Source: Orbicella franksi
Taxonomy: Eukaryota
DNA length: 64,000 nucleotides
Reading direction: 5' to 3'
Assembly: GCA_964199315.1 (NCBI GenBank)
Contig: OZ116712.1
Coordinates: forward strand, 18,972,001 to 19,036,000
Position numbers and translations under genes: made by a program. The notes under the pieces were generated by a model, which saw nothing but the letters and a program-made list of their open reading frames with translations, was not told the DNA's origin and did no database searches. Shown here piece after piece: positions 13,147-24,627 of this stretch (positions are counted from its first letter, which is position 1; each line of letters begins with the position of its first letter).

Positions 13147-15315
13147 GATGGTCAACCACCCTCAAAGACACCAACCTGTTGGGGTAGGGAACAGCAACTC
13201 GCCCTTCAAGAGTTAGTGAGACACCTCAGTCATTCACCTGTTATGGCTTACCCAGATTTCTCAAAACCATTCACTCTACAAACTGATGCAAGTAAAGACG
13301 GTCTTGGGGCAGTGTTGTACCAAAACCATGATGGGGTCACGAGCACTGTCACCAGCTGAAAAGAAGTACCACCTTCATGCAGGCAAGCTTGAGTTTCTGG
13401 CTCTAAAATGGGCAGTGGCTGACCATTTCCGTGATTACCTTTATTACTCTCCAAAGTTTACTGTTTTCACGGATAACAACCCTTTACATACATTCTAACA
13501 TCAGCAAAGCTCAATGCCACAGGTTTGCGGTGGATTAATGAATTGGCCGATTTCCTCTTTGAAATCAAGTATCGACCAGGAAAAGCCAATGCGGATGCTG
13601 ACACCCTGTCCCGAATGCCAGTCAGCTTTGAGAACTATATGGAAAGTTGTTCAGAAGTAGCTAGTCAAGATGTTCTGGATGCTGTCACTTCCTCAATCCG
13701 TGACACTAACACTGTTCAGACCGCTTGGTTGTCATCACTTATAGCAGTGCCTGATATCTTAAAGGAAGAGTGTGTTAACATTCCAACTATGCTACCTAGT
13801 GAACTTATCGCAGCTCAACAAGAAGATCCCACAATCGGTCGTGTTTTGCACTTTATGCAAGTCGGAAGCCGTCCGACCTATCAGGAGAGACAGGAAGAGT
13901 CAGCTATTGTACGACAGCTCTTACATGAATGGAACAAACTGCTCATTGCTGAAGATGGAATTCTTTGCCACAAATCTGGATCTAGAGACCGAATGGTCTT
14001 ACCCAAGAAATACCACAGAAGGGTGTATGAAGAACTACACGAAAACATGGGGCACCTGGGTACAGACAGAGTAGTGGAACTAGCTAGAGAACGTTTCTAT
14101 TGGCCGTTTATGAGGGCAGACATTACCCATTATGTCACGAAAGTGCGCCATTGCCTAAAGCAACGAAAACCTGGGACTCACGTTAATGCACCACTTCAAC
14201 CTATTGTTTCTACAGCACCTTTCCAACTTGTTTCCATGGATTTTGTTCATCTCGAACCAAGCTCGGGCGGAAACCAGTACATATTGGTGATCATGGATCA
14301 CTACACCAGATTTGCTCAAGCGTATGCTACCCGTGATAAGTCTGCGAAGACTGCTGCTGATAAATTATATAATGACTTTATCATGAGATTTGGATTCCCA
14401 GAAACCATCCATCATGACCAGGGTGGAGAGTTCGAAAACAAGCTCTTCTACAACCTTGAGAAACTCAGTGGGATTAAACATTTACGGACAACACCGTATC
14501 ACCCGCAGGGTAATGGGCAGGTCGAAAGGTTCAACCGGACGCTTTTATCCATGCTGAGAGCCTTACCGGAGAAACAGAAATCCCGCTGGCGTGACCATCT
14601 CAATAAGGTAGTTCATGCATACAACTGTACCCGGCATGACTCTACTGGATTTTCACCTTTCTATCTACTGTTTGGTAGAAACCCGAGACTACCTATTGAC
14701 TTAATGTTTGGCTTGAAACCTCCAGAGGGATTTTCTACATATCCTGAATATGTCAGAAATTGGCGACGAGCAATGAAAGAAGCTTATGATTTGGCCTCTG
14801 CCCATGCAAAGAAAAGTGCAGACGTGGGGAAACAACGGTATGACAAGAAAGTCAGACACACTGCGCTGTGTGAAGGAGATCGTGTTCTTGTACGAAACAT
14901 GACTGAGCGTGGTGGCCCGGGAAAGTTACGACCTTACTGGGAGCAAGAAATCTATCTGGTAACTCAGAAGTGGAAGGATATGCCAGTTTATGAAGTAAAG
15001 CCAGAGAGTGGAAATGGAAAGTCAAAAGTTCTCCATCGCAACATGCTATTACCATGTTCTTACTTGCCAGTTGAGACCCCACTTAAGTCATCAAAGAGTC
15101 GCCGTACAGTATCTAGGAGGGCCAACAGACAGCAGGCTTCACAAGAGGAGACAACCGGAACTACTGATGAGGACATTCTTAGCCTCACACCTGATAAGCT
15201 CCAAGAACTTTACCAGTCTACAAGAAATCAATGTGAGGATCATTGTGGCATTGTTCCAGAGTCACATGTAGTTGAAGAGGACATTGACCCTTGTCAAGTT
15301 GATAGCCCAGACTAA
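13147..15315 (+). pseudogene. pol: Gypsy Pol part 2: frameshifted RNase H and integrase (ORF 13525-15315)
   Basis: RNase H is split by a deletion near 13335 and a 1-nt deletion near 13490. Integrase shows MGHLG, VSMDF, HHDQGGEFEN, GQVERFNRTL and the GPY/F-like KLRPYW. Confidence 0.9.
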
Positions 15316-16037
15316 GAGGGAGAAGAAGAAGACCCAGAGCAACCAGTTGGTACAGTAGATGATGAGGCTGCAGATAGCTTACCCCTTAGACAGTCACAAC
15401 GTATGAGCAGACCACCTCTTAGGATGACCCTCCTTTCAAACCAGTTCTACAGCAGGAGATCAAGGCGTCAGAGTATCGTACCCACAGCAGTTGTGGCAAC
15501 CTGCCACAGTATCATGGATGCTACAACCTGTTCTGCAGCCCTATAGCTATTTTGCACCTTTTCCAGTATCATCACAGCCGATGTACCCTGTGCATATGTG
15601 GTGTTATTAGCAGACCCTTAGAAATTAACGTGAGAAGAAAGGAACTGATTTGCACCTATTGAGGCTACGTTCATCCTAGATAAGACTGTTAAATGTTTCC
15701 TTTTGGTATTGTATAATTTCGTACAATGTTTTGTTTGTGTGTAGAGGTTCAATCTCCTTTCATTAAGAGAATTTTTTTTTTCTCTATCTCGGAATATTCT
15801 TTGTACAAGGAAGTCAAATCGTGTTAGAGATAAAGGCGTTAGGCATTGGAAAGTAATATTGCCCCAAAGATAGAACAGTGACACCTGAGTGCAACCTACG
15901 CTGTTTTTCTGGCCTGATCAACCAGAATACTTTTGTTCACCCCAGGATGAGATACAAGTGTACAAAGAACTGTTATATGAGATAACCTAGAAGAGACTAT
16001 TGTCTATTCGTTCATGTTGAGGACAACATCTTTTTCC

Positions 16038-16050
16038 AGAGAGGGCAAAA
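16038..16050 (+). promoter_or_regulatory. Polypurine tract
   Basis: AGAGAGGGCAAAA immediately precedes the 3' LTR. Confidence 0.75.
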
Positions 16051-16203
16051 TGTAGAGAACTGGAACTAGTTATTATAGAACGATAGGGGACTGGCACTAG
16101 AAAAAGAAGAATGTAATCCAAGATGGCGAGAAACGCTACGAGTGCGTATTAAAAAGTTAGATGCTCTGTTGTAATTTGTCGTTGTTGGGCGTGTGGACTA
16201 ACA
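16051..16203 (+). repeat. 3' LTR (153 bp)
   Basis: Direct repeat of 9469-9622, followed by TSD GACG. Confidence 0.97.
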
Positions 16204-16207
16204 GACG

Positions 16208-16766
16208 TTCAGAGGACTGTTGGCAATTTAATTGCCAATATTGAAGCGAAGAAGCAAACTATTTTTGCAGCAGTGGAAGACCAAACAAAGAAATCACTCG
16301 AAAGTCTAACAACGCAAAAGACCGAGATTGAGCATCAAATAGAGGTGATCAAATCATCGTTGGATAAAGCTGAGAAAGTTTTGACACGAAGTGCAAACGC
16401 TGAAGTCGCTCAAGTGAAAAAGTCATTACAAACAATCTTGGAGGGAGTTGATCAAACTACTAAGCCAACTGAGCGTGACCTGAAAGATCTTCCGACGTTG
16501 GATTTCGTGCCAAATCCAAAGGTGTTGAAAACTGTCAACACCGAAGAAATTGGAACACTGAAAATACTGCAGCAAACTGAAGCTAGTCAGTCTGTCGCTG
16601 AGGGCAAAGGACTTGAAGAAGGAACTGTTGGAGTTGAAGCACAGTTTGTTCTGACCACAAGAAACGCAGAGGGAGAGCAGTGTTACAATAAACATGACCG
16701 TGTAACGGTAGAGATCTGGGACGAAGAAGGACGAGAATGCGCAACGGAAGTGCGAATAAATGACAA
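16208..16766 (+). pseudogene. TRIM71-like: TRIM-NHL pseudogene, segment 2 (coiled coil, filamin domain)
   Basis: Resumes exactly after the TSD and is colinear with 54858-55415 (ASQSVAEGKGLEEGTVGVEAQFVLTTRN). Confidence 0.9.
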
Positions 16767-18412
16767 CAAGAAGATCTGTTAGATCTTATAACCGCGCTTT
16801 TAAAATTTAAGTGTTTGCTTAGCACTACAGTCAAAACGCACTGCACATTCCAAAGCAGTTCTTGATGATTCTTTTGTTACTGTAGACATCACATCACTTG
16901 ATCAACAGACTCTATCACTGCATTGTCAGTCGTAGCCGTTGTGAAATCTCCGATGAAGTAATGATCTTAATCTGGAACTTTCTTTGGGATATGTATGGAC
17001 ATGAACGATATAAACGATACGATAATAACACTATTAACAACAGCTTTCTTTCTTAAAAGTCACGATTAAATTTAATTGGTGTTTTCCACTAGTAAAGGGC
17101 TAGCAAAGTAGTCACACGAGTCACATAATTCAAGACTTCCGTTATCCTTGGCTATCTTTAGTACGGTGGTTATTTCCCTACCAATGACGTAATCGTTGCA
17201 TGTTCTGCCATGGTCTTTGCTTGGCTTGCAAATATTTAATTTTCCTTCCGATCTATGAGCTCGCTGCGATGAAACAGCCAAAGAATTTACTTCATTTGCC
17301 TAATCCACAAGAAATACTAGCAAAACTACAAATAAATTAATGACCGTCGCTTCTGCCGAAATAACCTTGCAAAGTAAACGCGATCTTATTTGTCACCTAC
17401 GGAAAGTGAAAGCTGCAACGTCAACGCATTCGATGGCTGACGTAATACTTTTTTTAGCGTGGTTATTATTTTTTTAATCCAACGCTTCGATAAAACCAAA
17501 AGAAAATATATTTTACCCACATCAAAGAAAACAATATCCGTAAAATTGTCCGTGTATTAATGTTTTAAGAGCTTTTGGCGAACAAACCACACGTTGCGAG
17601 ACTCGAAATTTGTCCGAGCGGAGGTCTGCGTCTGGTCACCGACAAAAAAAAAAAACAGAAGATCTGTTAGGTCTTATAACTGCGCTTTTAAAATTTAACT
17701 GTTTGCTTACCACTACAGTCGCAACGCAGTGCACATTCCAAAGCAGTCCTTGATGATTCTTTTGTTACTGTAGACATCACATCACTTGATCAACACAAAC
17801 TCTATTATTGCACCATCAGTCGTAGCCGTTGTGAAATCTCCGATGACGTAATGATCTTAATCTGGAACTTTCTTCGGGATGTGTATGGGGATGAACGATA
17901 TGAACGATACGATAATAACACTATTAACAACAGCTTTCTTTCGATCTTATTCGTCAGGTAGCGAAAGTGAAAGCTGCAACATCAGCGCATTCCATGGCTG
18001 ACGTAACGCCTTTTTTTAGCGTATTTATTATTTCCCTTCGAATCCAACGCTTCAATAAAACCAAAAGAAAATATATTTTAACCAAAGTAAAGAAAACAAT
18101 ATCCGTAACATTGTCCTTGTATTAATGTTTCAACAGCTTTTGGCGAGTAAACATCACAGGTTGCGTCATTCAAAATTTGGCCGAGTGGAAGTTTGGGTCT
18201 GGTCACCGACAAAACTAAAAAAAAAACAAATATAAAAAAAAAATAAAATAAACCACGGGCAAACCATGAACCGCGCTCGGCCCATGGCCGCGCGGTTAAA
18301 AAAATAAACCACGGGTAGAACATGAAACGCGCTCGGCCCATGGCCGCGCGGTTAAAAAAAATAAAGCTCGGGTAGAACATGAACTGCGCTCGGCCCATGG
18401 CCGCGCGGTTAA
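16767..18412 (-). mobile_element. Helitron-like composite non-autonomous insertion (two head-to-tail units plus three terminal hairpin repeats)
   Basis: Removing it restores tgacaa|taaggatgg of the intact paralogue (A|T site, no clear TSD). The minus-strand end has the hairpin AAGATCT-gtt-AGATCTT then CTTG. 16771-17050 and 17385-17650 are repeated at 17659-18225. Confidence 0.6.
18245..18412. repeat. Three ~57-bp tandem repeats, each with a GC-rich hairpin
   Basis: Unit ATAAACCACGGGTAGAACATGAAnCGCGCTCGGCCCATGGCCGCGCGGTTAAAAA occurs three times. Confidence 0.9.
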
Positions 18413-19152
18413 TAAGGATGGAAGCTACAAAATCACCTATTCACCCAAAGATCAAGGCAGATACAGAGTGACCGTGAAGGTAAACGGGAAACACGTTCTT
18501 GATAGTCCTTTTTCTATTGATGTGAAATTATCTCATTCAAGACTTGCTTTTTCTTTTGGAAAAGAAGGTTCGTCTGTCGGAATGTTTAAGCATCCCTGGG
18601 GGGTGGCAGTGAATGCCAGGGACGAGATAGCTGTAACTGATAGTTTGAACCAGAGTTCAAGCCTTTGATAGTGATGGGAAATACTTAAGATCTTTTTTTC
18701 GGGAAGGTAAGAAAGTGGGCGAATTTAAGGATCCAGCGGGAATAACTTTTCATAAAAATGGAAATATTTTCGTAGTAGACCAGAGTAACCATAGGATCCA
18801 GATTTTCAGTGGGAAGGGTGAATACGTGGGTATGTTTGGTGGAAAAGGAAGCCTTGATAGTCAGCTTTCGGATCCTTGAGGTTTATCTGTAGACAGAGAT
18901 GGAAATATCATTGTTGCTGATACAGGCAACAAACTGATTAAGATCTTTTCTCCTGATGGCAAGTTTCTAACGAAGATAGGTGGGCAGGGTTCTTTTACTT
19001 TTCCTATCCACTGTGTTCAGTGTGATAGATATCTCATAGTGTCAGACCGAGACGAACATTGTCTTGAAGTTTACGACAGGAATGGAAACTTTCAGTACAA
19101 GTTTGGAAAGCAGGGTGGAGGGGACGGAGAGTTAACTTAGCCCCGTTGTTTG
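18413..19152 (+). pseudogene. TRIM71-like: TRIM-NHL pseudogene, segment 3 (end of filamin, NHL blades 1-5, C-terminus deleted)
   Basis: Colinear with 55416-56155 but with stops (e.g. TGA near 18878, TAG 19138) and indels, then jumps to sequence matching about 56565. Confidence 0.88.
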
Positions 19153-19626
19153 ATTAAAAATTTATTTTAACGGGTGGAACGGGTGGGTGGGTGACAAAAA
19201 CAAATGCGTCTCTTGCAGATGGATGGGATGAATAACTACATCTATTAAGTTGTATTGTCTGAATTAGTTTTTAGGAAAAGAAACCGTTTGTTTGTTTGCT
19301 CTACAACTGCGTACATTAATTAGTAGAGTCACTAGCAATTCAAAATAAGAAAGTAATAAAACCACTTTTTTAATTAATTGCTTAATTCTTAATTTAAAGA
19401 AACATATCGTTTCTAAAATGATTCCTATATTCTGACATTTAATTATCTTTATGATGTTTTTATAGCAAGTTTGTTTTAGGGATTAGCAGGTTATTGACGG
19501 TCAGTCATGTACTGGAAAATATGTAGTATAATGAAAATTGCTTCAATGAACTTACTGAGTCACTATTAGCCTTAAAGTTTGTATTTTCCTTATACTCAAT
19601 AACAGTATTTGTTAGCTACAGTGCTA

Positions 19627-19803
19627 CAGTTAAACCCCACTTTACGAATGACCGCTTAATACGGACACCTGGAGATGAAGGAAATTGATTTTAGCTCTTA
19701 GCTCCAACATCTTCTGTTAACTTGACCAGCTTAAGAGAGACGCCTGGATTATATCAACACTTAGAGTGCTCCCGACGTTGTCTGAGAAAACGGGGTTCGA
19801 CTT
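19627..19803. mobile_element. Tc1/mariner-type MITE (paralogue of 57075-57252)
   Basis: TA|CAGTTAAACCCC...GGGGTTCGACTT|TA. Confidence 0.65.
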
Positions 19804-19992
19804 TATCTGTAGGTTAATATATATTTTTAAAGTTTACATCCCTAGCTTTGGTTTATTGGAACTTTAGAGTTAGCTGCTTTAATGGTAAAACGTTTTATAG
19901 AAAGAGCTGTTAGCAATGATGAACAATGGTGAATAGCTTTGGACATAAAATAATTGTAAAACACTACGAGATTCATGAGGATCTGAAATCAT

Positions 19993-20043
19993 GGACCCCT
20001 GCCGATGTTCTACGGTTGAACCGTAGAACATCGGCAGGGGTCC
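19993..20043. repeat. Perfect 25-bp inverted repeat with 1-nt loop abutting the Maverick TSD
   Basis: GGACCCCTGCCGATGTTCTACGGTT-G-AACCGTAGAACATCGGCAGGGGTCC followed by TAGTT. Confidence 0.95.
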
Positions 20044-20048
20044 TAGTT

Positions 20049-20287
20049 AGTAGTATAGGGGAGCGGTTTGAGACCCAACCAATCAGAGCGCGTTATTTGG
20101 GACACGTGACGCGTCTGGACCAATCAGCGTGCAGGATTTTCGGCTCAGGTCAGCGGTTGCACTAATGCTTTTTAGCGAGGTCTGGGGCGAGCTCGGTCAA
20201 AAGGGGACCGCGCGGGGTTGGACGCCAGGACGTGAGGGGCTGGGGACCGGAAGTGACGACAGACCACGTGATCCGTTTTCAAATTTT
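20049..20287 (+). repeat. Left terminal inverted repeat (239 bp)
   Basis: Reverse complement of 42839-43077 with a single mismatch (ggggACCggaag vs ggggAGCggaag). Contains two CCAATCAG, two CACGTG and a CCGGAAGTG motif. Confidence 0.97.
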
Positions 20288-20291
20288 TTAT

Positions 20292-23200
20292 TTACAATTC
20301 TAGTAAATGATTGACATTATCCATGTCGGTATTGTCGATGTGGGCTCGGGTGTATCCGTAAGGATACGAGAGGAAAGTGTCGGGATCCACGACGCGTTTG
20401 TCGAAGACGACTTTGTATCGTTTGGTTTCTTCGACCGTTTCTAATGTTTTGGTTTGAACATTGCGTTTAATCTTGTGTGGATTGTGTACGCTGATTTCCC
20501 GTGGTTCTTCGCGGGGTTCGGTGACTTCCTGGATGACGTTTTCTTTTAACAGGTCAAAGTTCAATTGGGCTTGCCCACGTGTGTTGAGGGTGAAACCGCG
20601 TACCTTGCATTCGACTTTACCGTCGTTGGTTCGGTAACCGTAATTCTTGGGGCCAGCGGCCGCAAACTCCACGATGTGAGTACCTGGTTTCAATTCGCTG
20701 GTGAATTGACCGAGATGATCGCCTAAGGGTGGCATGGGTTGCCCTTCTCGATGCGAGAAGATGATGGAATCCGTGTCGAAGTACAGGACTTGTTGGGGTT
20801 GGAGTCGACTGAGTCCTTCTCGGTAGAGTTTGAGTCTGGCCCAGCAGGTGGTGAAGCAGGCCACGAAAATGTTGATGTTGACTTGAACGGCTTCTTCGTC
20901 TTGAACGTGTTTGTACACCAATTCGATCATCTCATCGTTCATGACACGAAGGGTTTGAATTTCTTGACTGTCATCAATCAGGAGGGTGTGAAGCCTGGCG
21001 TGGGACGAAATGGCTTCGACTTGACTCTTGTTCCCTTGTTGCCCGTACTTGCCCCAGAAGCTGTTGAGCATCATTTTGGCCAGAGACCGCCGACCGGGAT
21101 TTTTTTGAATTTGGTCGACCTCGAGTTGAATGCCTTCTTTGGCCAGGTAGTCGTCGAGGTACTGCTGACGTTTGGTCGCATCGTCACCCACCCAATCGGG
21201 CCAGCCGCTGGCTTCTTGCTTGATCTTGAGAAAGGTGTTCACGTAGGAAGAGAACAAGTCGTTGGAATTGCGTGGGAAGTGCCAAATTTCGTAAACGTAT
21301 TGGATAATGTACCCTTGATGAAGGGCTTCTTGCAATTCTGGGGTGGGCCACGTACCCACCAGGCATCGCTCTTGCTCGTTGTGGACGCAGCGATGACTGC
21401 GTTCGGTCAACGGTTTGGGTTGCTCGGTTTCCATGCACGTTCTGCACAGTGGAAAGGTGAGTTTACCCCCACTGCGGTGGGGTAAGACGGGATGATACAA
21501 CCCAAAGGGTGGTAGGATCTTGCATTTGACCAGACCAAAGTAACTGGAGATGTCGGTGCCTTCGGGTTGACTGATGATGGCAGGATGACCCACGGGGTAG
21601 GGACAGTTTTTGTTGGTCCAGGGGTAGAGGGAGGTGAAATCCAGGTACTGCACCGTTTCTCCCTGTTCCACTTGATGGTAAAGTTTGATGGCATTGGTGC
21701 GACCGCCGTAGAACGCGTCTCTGGGTTTGAGTCTGGGGACCAGGTCGAAAGATTTGACCAGGCTCCGCAGGTATTCATCCTCTTGTTTGAGTTGGTTCCA
21801 TTCGCATTGCCACATGACCACGACATGGTAGCCCGCGGCCAAGAGACTCGCTTCTTTGAGTTGAGTGGCTTCGTAAACGTCGCGCATGGTCTGATCGCAC
21901 ATTTTGTGACGCGTGCGGTCGCGGTCCGGGTAACACTTGGGACACCCGTGCCAGAAGCAACCGTGAAATTCATACACGGTACGAGTGACTTCATCGTACC
22001 CGTCCACGAAGAAGGTTTTGTCTCCGCGTAGGATCACGTGTTCCCCTCCGTTAAGGGCGTGTCGAATGTGGCGATCGGGTTGTCGGTTCATGTAGGTCAA
22101 CCATTCCAGGGACGCGAGGGAATGCAGTTTGCCTTGCCTATGCCATCCACTGATGGGTTCCGAAGCGAGGGTGCGTTCTGGCATGTGTTTGGTGCGGTAG
22201 AAGAGATTGCAGGCGGAGGCGATGGTGAGACAGCGTTGGAGAGGATTGAAGCCGCTGATGGCTTCGAATTCTTGGCAGAACACTTCGCAGGCCCCTTTGA
22301 GGAGCAGTACGTCGGATTCGCAGTAGGCCACGAGTTCAGCTTGGAAATCGAAGATCAAGTCGGGCTCGGCGAGTTGTTGAGCATACCAGCGTTCGAACTC
22401 TTGGGCGCGTTCAGTGGACATGCCTTGGGGGTCGTAATGGTCTTTGTCGGGTAGAGGTCCCACGTAATCCTGATGGTCGGGGGTGTTGAAGAAATGGGGG
22501 AAGAACCCTTTCTTTTGTTCAACCAGTCCGAAGGCTTTGGGAAAATTGGCCAGTGGCATTTGAAAGAAGCAGAGAGAATCTTTGAAAACAATGTCTCCTG
22601 CATTGATGGACAAAGACATAATCTTGGCGCCGTTGACCACTTGTTCGGGCACCACGTATTGTTGGTAGAGTTCATTCAGTATCAAGTAAGAATCGAACCC
22701 TTGGGAATTGTGGGCTAGGACGGTGAGGGTACAATCCTGCGCCAAAGCTCTCAGCCAATCCAGGAAATCTCGAATGCAGGTGGTGCCTTCAAAGTGAAAG
22801 AGTTCCTGGCAGTTGGAGGTGGCGGCGCACACTAGGTTGGGGACGTGGACACCCGTGTCTTGCATGGTTTCGCTGTCCCAGTAGACGAAGAGATGGTCTT
22901 TGGTCTGTACGCTCTGCGAACCGTCCGCTTTGCGTTTTCTGGATTTCAGTAATTTGCGCTTTTCTTCTAACTTGGTGGGATTCTGAATGAAGCATTGGTG
23001 TTGGTAGAGATTGTGATACTCCTTGCAGGAGGGACATTCGGCGGTGCCGCACACGTGACGCGTTTCCATTTCGCGAGGTCGGAGTAATCTGTTGCACCGA
23101 GGACACTTGCGTAGGGAACTGCAGACATTTTTAATTTTTTTGGCGGCATTGGCTTTGGTGCCGTCCATCTTGGAGTAAGTGTGATGATTAGACAAGCACT

Positions 23201-24302
23201 GTTCTCCGAAGAAGGCGCGGTGACAACGAGGGCAGGTGTGTGTGGTGTCGCTGGCGCGACGATAATCTTCACACTGGGTTTGACAGCAGGCGGGACATTT
23301 CTTACCGCGGCAGGGGTGATGATGGATGTCATCGGTCTGGTAGCTTTTCTCGCACTCGATGCAAAAGTTATTTTGTCCTATGAAGGCGGAAATGGAATTG
23401 CAACCGTGGTAATGGTCACCCACTTTGATGAGGATGACTCGTTTCTCACGTGGTGGACCTTTGAAAATGATTTGATAATTATGATCCAGGGAAAGCACCA
23501 CGATCTGATAATCGGTGAGATGGCGTTGGAAGGTGTGGAGTTCGGTGATGCCGCAAGGTCCTTCGGGGACACCCGCAGCTTGATGGAGTGCCTTGGCCTT
23601 TCTGGCTTGAGCGGGTTTACCTCGTCGTAGGTTGACGTAGTGGGGATGTCGACTGCCTAGGTCGCAGTAGGCTTGCATGGTGACCAGGGCCCTTGCACAA
23701 CAGAGTTCATCGTCATTGTTGATTTGGATGACGCACTTTTTGAGATCAAGTAGCTTGTCGAGGGCTAAGCTGGCTTTGCGAAGCCGCTGTTTCCCGCTAC
23801 CTCGTCCGGGATCTCGGATATGTGAAATGTGTAACGAGAAGGTGTCATCCAATCGGAACTGTTCGTTGGAGTTTAACATCTTGGAAATTTGTTGCATGAT
23901 TTCTTGGGCTCTGAGATCATTATCCATCCATTCTCGGACACGCATGCGAGCTGAGTGATAAGAGTGTCTCAATCGGTTGGAATTGATGTTGATGAGAAAG
24001 TGATCGTTGCGATCGACTTCGGGATCTTGGATGATTTGGTCTCGTATGGCGCGTTGGAGGGCTCGTTCGATTTGACGCGGTAAGATTTGTCGTTGGTTGG
24101 TGGAGAGAGGAGCAGCACCACCGCGTTGCATTAACCGTCCCACGTAATTTCGGTGTCGGACGCCTAAATGGCGAACGCGTCGGTCCAAGTGAGGCGTTAA
24201 GAGAAAATCAAAGCCTTGTTCAATGTCATCCAAATGTTGGGCTAAGAGGGCGTTGTCTTCTTCATCGTCCAGGTCGAAATCGTCTCTCGGGAAGCGAAAC
24301 AT
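20292..24302 (-). CDS. polB: Protein-primed family B DNA polymerase (1336 aa) with Vsr-like nuclease insert
   Basis: Exonuclease motifs (YWDSET, AHNSQGFD, YCESD), polymerase motifs (DFTSLYP, KMMLNSFWGK, YFDTDS), and FVDGYD..VYEFHGCFWHGCPKC (Vsr-like, known in a Polinton group). Confidence 0.97.
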   Translation of the reverse strand: MFRFPRDDFDLDDEEDNALLAQHLDDIEQGFDFLLTPHLDRRVRHLGVRHRNYVGRLMQRGGAAPLSTNQRQILPRQIERALQRAIRDQIIQDPEVDRNDHFLININSNRLRHSYHSARMRVREWMDNDLRAQEIMQQISKMLNSNEQFRLDDTFSLHISHIRDPGRGSGKQRLRKASLALDKLLDLKKCVIQINNDDELCCARALVTMQAYCDLGSRHPHYVNLRRGKPAQARKAKALHQAAGVPEGPCGITELHTFQRHLTDYQIVVLSLDHNYQIIFKGPPREKRVILIKVGDHYHGCNSISAFIGQNNFCIECEKSYQTDDIHHHPCRGKKCPACCQTQCEDYRRASDTTHTCPRCHRAFFGEQCLSNHHTYSKMDGTKANAAKKIKNVCSSLRKCPRCNRLLRPREMETRHVCGTAECPSCKEYHNLYQHQCFIQNPTKLEEKRKLLKSRKRKADGSQSVQTKDHLFVYWDSETMQDTGVHVPNLVCAATSNCQELFHFEGTTCIRDFLDWLRALAQDCTLTVLAHNSQGFDSYLILNELYQQYVVPEQVVNGAKIMSLSINAGDIVFKDSLCFFQMPLANFPKAFGLVEQKKGFFPHFFNTPDHQDYVGPLPDKDHYDPQGMSTERAQEFERWYAQQLAEPDLIFDFQAELVAYCESDVLLLKGACEVFCQEFEAISGFNPLQRCLTIASACNLFYRTKHMPERTLASEPISGWHRQGKLHSLASLEWLTYMNRQPDRHIRHALNGGEHVILRGDKTFFVDGYDEVTRTVYEFHGCFWHGCPKCYPDRDRTRHKMCDQTMRDVYEATQLKEASLLAAGYHVVVMWQCEWNQLKQEDEYLRSLVKSFDLVPRLKPRDAFYGGRTNAIKLYHQVEQGETVQYLDFTSLYPWTNKNCPYPVGHPAIISQPEGTDISSYFGLVKCKILPPFGLYHPVLPHRSGGKLTFPLCRTCMETEQPKPLTERSHRCVHNEQERCLVGTWPTPELQEALHQGYIIQYVYEIWHFPRNSNDLFSSYVNTFLKIKQEASGWPDWVGDDATKRQQYLDDYLAKEGIQLEVDQIQKNPGRRSLAKMMLNSFWGKYGQQGNKSQVEAISSHARLHTLLIDDSQEIQTLRVMNDEMIELVYKHVQDEEAVQVNINIFVACFTTCWARLKLYREGLSRLQPQQVLYFDTDSIIFSHREGQPMPPLGDHLGQFTSELKPGTHIVEFAAAGPKNYGYRTNDGKVECKVRGFTLNTRGQAQLNFDLLKENVIQEVTEPREEPREISVHNPHKIKRNVQTKTLETVEETKRYKVVFDKRVVDPDTFLSYPYGYTRAHIDNTDMDNVNHLLEL

Positions 24303-24393
24303 GGTGAGACTGATGGGAGGAGCAAAGTCACATTGGTTTTAATGGTGTGAGTCCACCAATAGTAAAAAAGTACTTTTTCAACACGTGAAAAAT

Positions 24394-24465
24394 TGCCCCG
24401 ACCAGGAATCGAACCTGAGTCTTCGCGGCCACAACGCGACGTCTTCACCACTAGACCATCGAAGC
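24394..24465 (-). tRNA. tRNA-His: tRNA-His (GTG), Maverick-encoded
   Basis: GCTTCGA TG GTCT AGTGGTGA AGAC G TCGCG TTGTGGC CGCGA AGAC TCAGG TTCGATT CCTGG TCGGGGC A. All four stems pair (a few G-U), A- and B-boxes are intact, and TTTTT follows 1 nt downstream. Confidence 0.92.
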
Positions 24466-24530
24466 ATGAGCGGTAGGGAACCACGTTTTATAGAGTAGTG
24501 GTTCCCGCTTTTTTTAATGACGTAGGAGTG

Positions 24531-24565
24531 GGGGGGTACCCCCCATCCCCCCTCTGGTGACGTCA
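24531..24565 (-). promoter_or_regulatory. 35-bp promoter-core motif, copy 1 (CRE + G6ATG6TAC6)
   Basis: Reverse complement is identical to 41909-41943. TATAAAA lies on both sides (24486-24492 minus, about 24590 plus). Confidence 0.7.
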
Positions 24566-24627
24566 CGTCACGTGTCTTGATTCCGCGTGTATAAAAATGG
24601 GACGCCTTGGCGGTGGTGATTCGACTG

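Larger units (their letters stand above)
9469..16203 (+). mobile_element. Ty3/Gypsy LTR retrotransposon, full length but defective
   Basis: TG...CA LTRs, 4-bp TSD GACG (9465-9468, 16204-16207; the intact paralogue reads gaggGACGttcag), PBS, PPT, and gag-PR-RT-RH-IN order. Confidence 0.97.

Noticed and set aside
18245-18412. Hairpin repeats as a CRISPR array
   Set aside because: No unique spacers, eukaryotic context and no cas genes. The same applies to the 49928-50990 satellite.
22685-22705. B-box-like GGTTCGA within pPolB as a third tRNA
   Set aside because: No cloverleaf can be built, and it lies in a conserved coding motif (SQGFDSY).
20739-23958. Many long plus-strand and alternate-frame ORFs over pPolB (e.g. 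20739-21485, 248 aa)
   Set aside because: Antisense or shadow frames of a GC-rich coding gene, with no motifs of their own.
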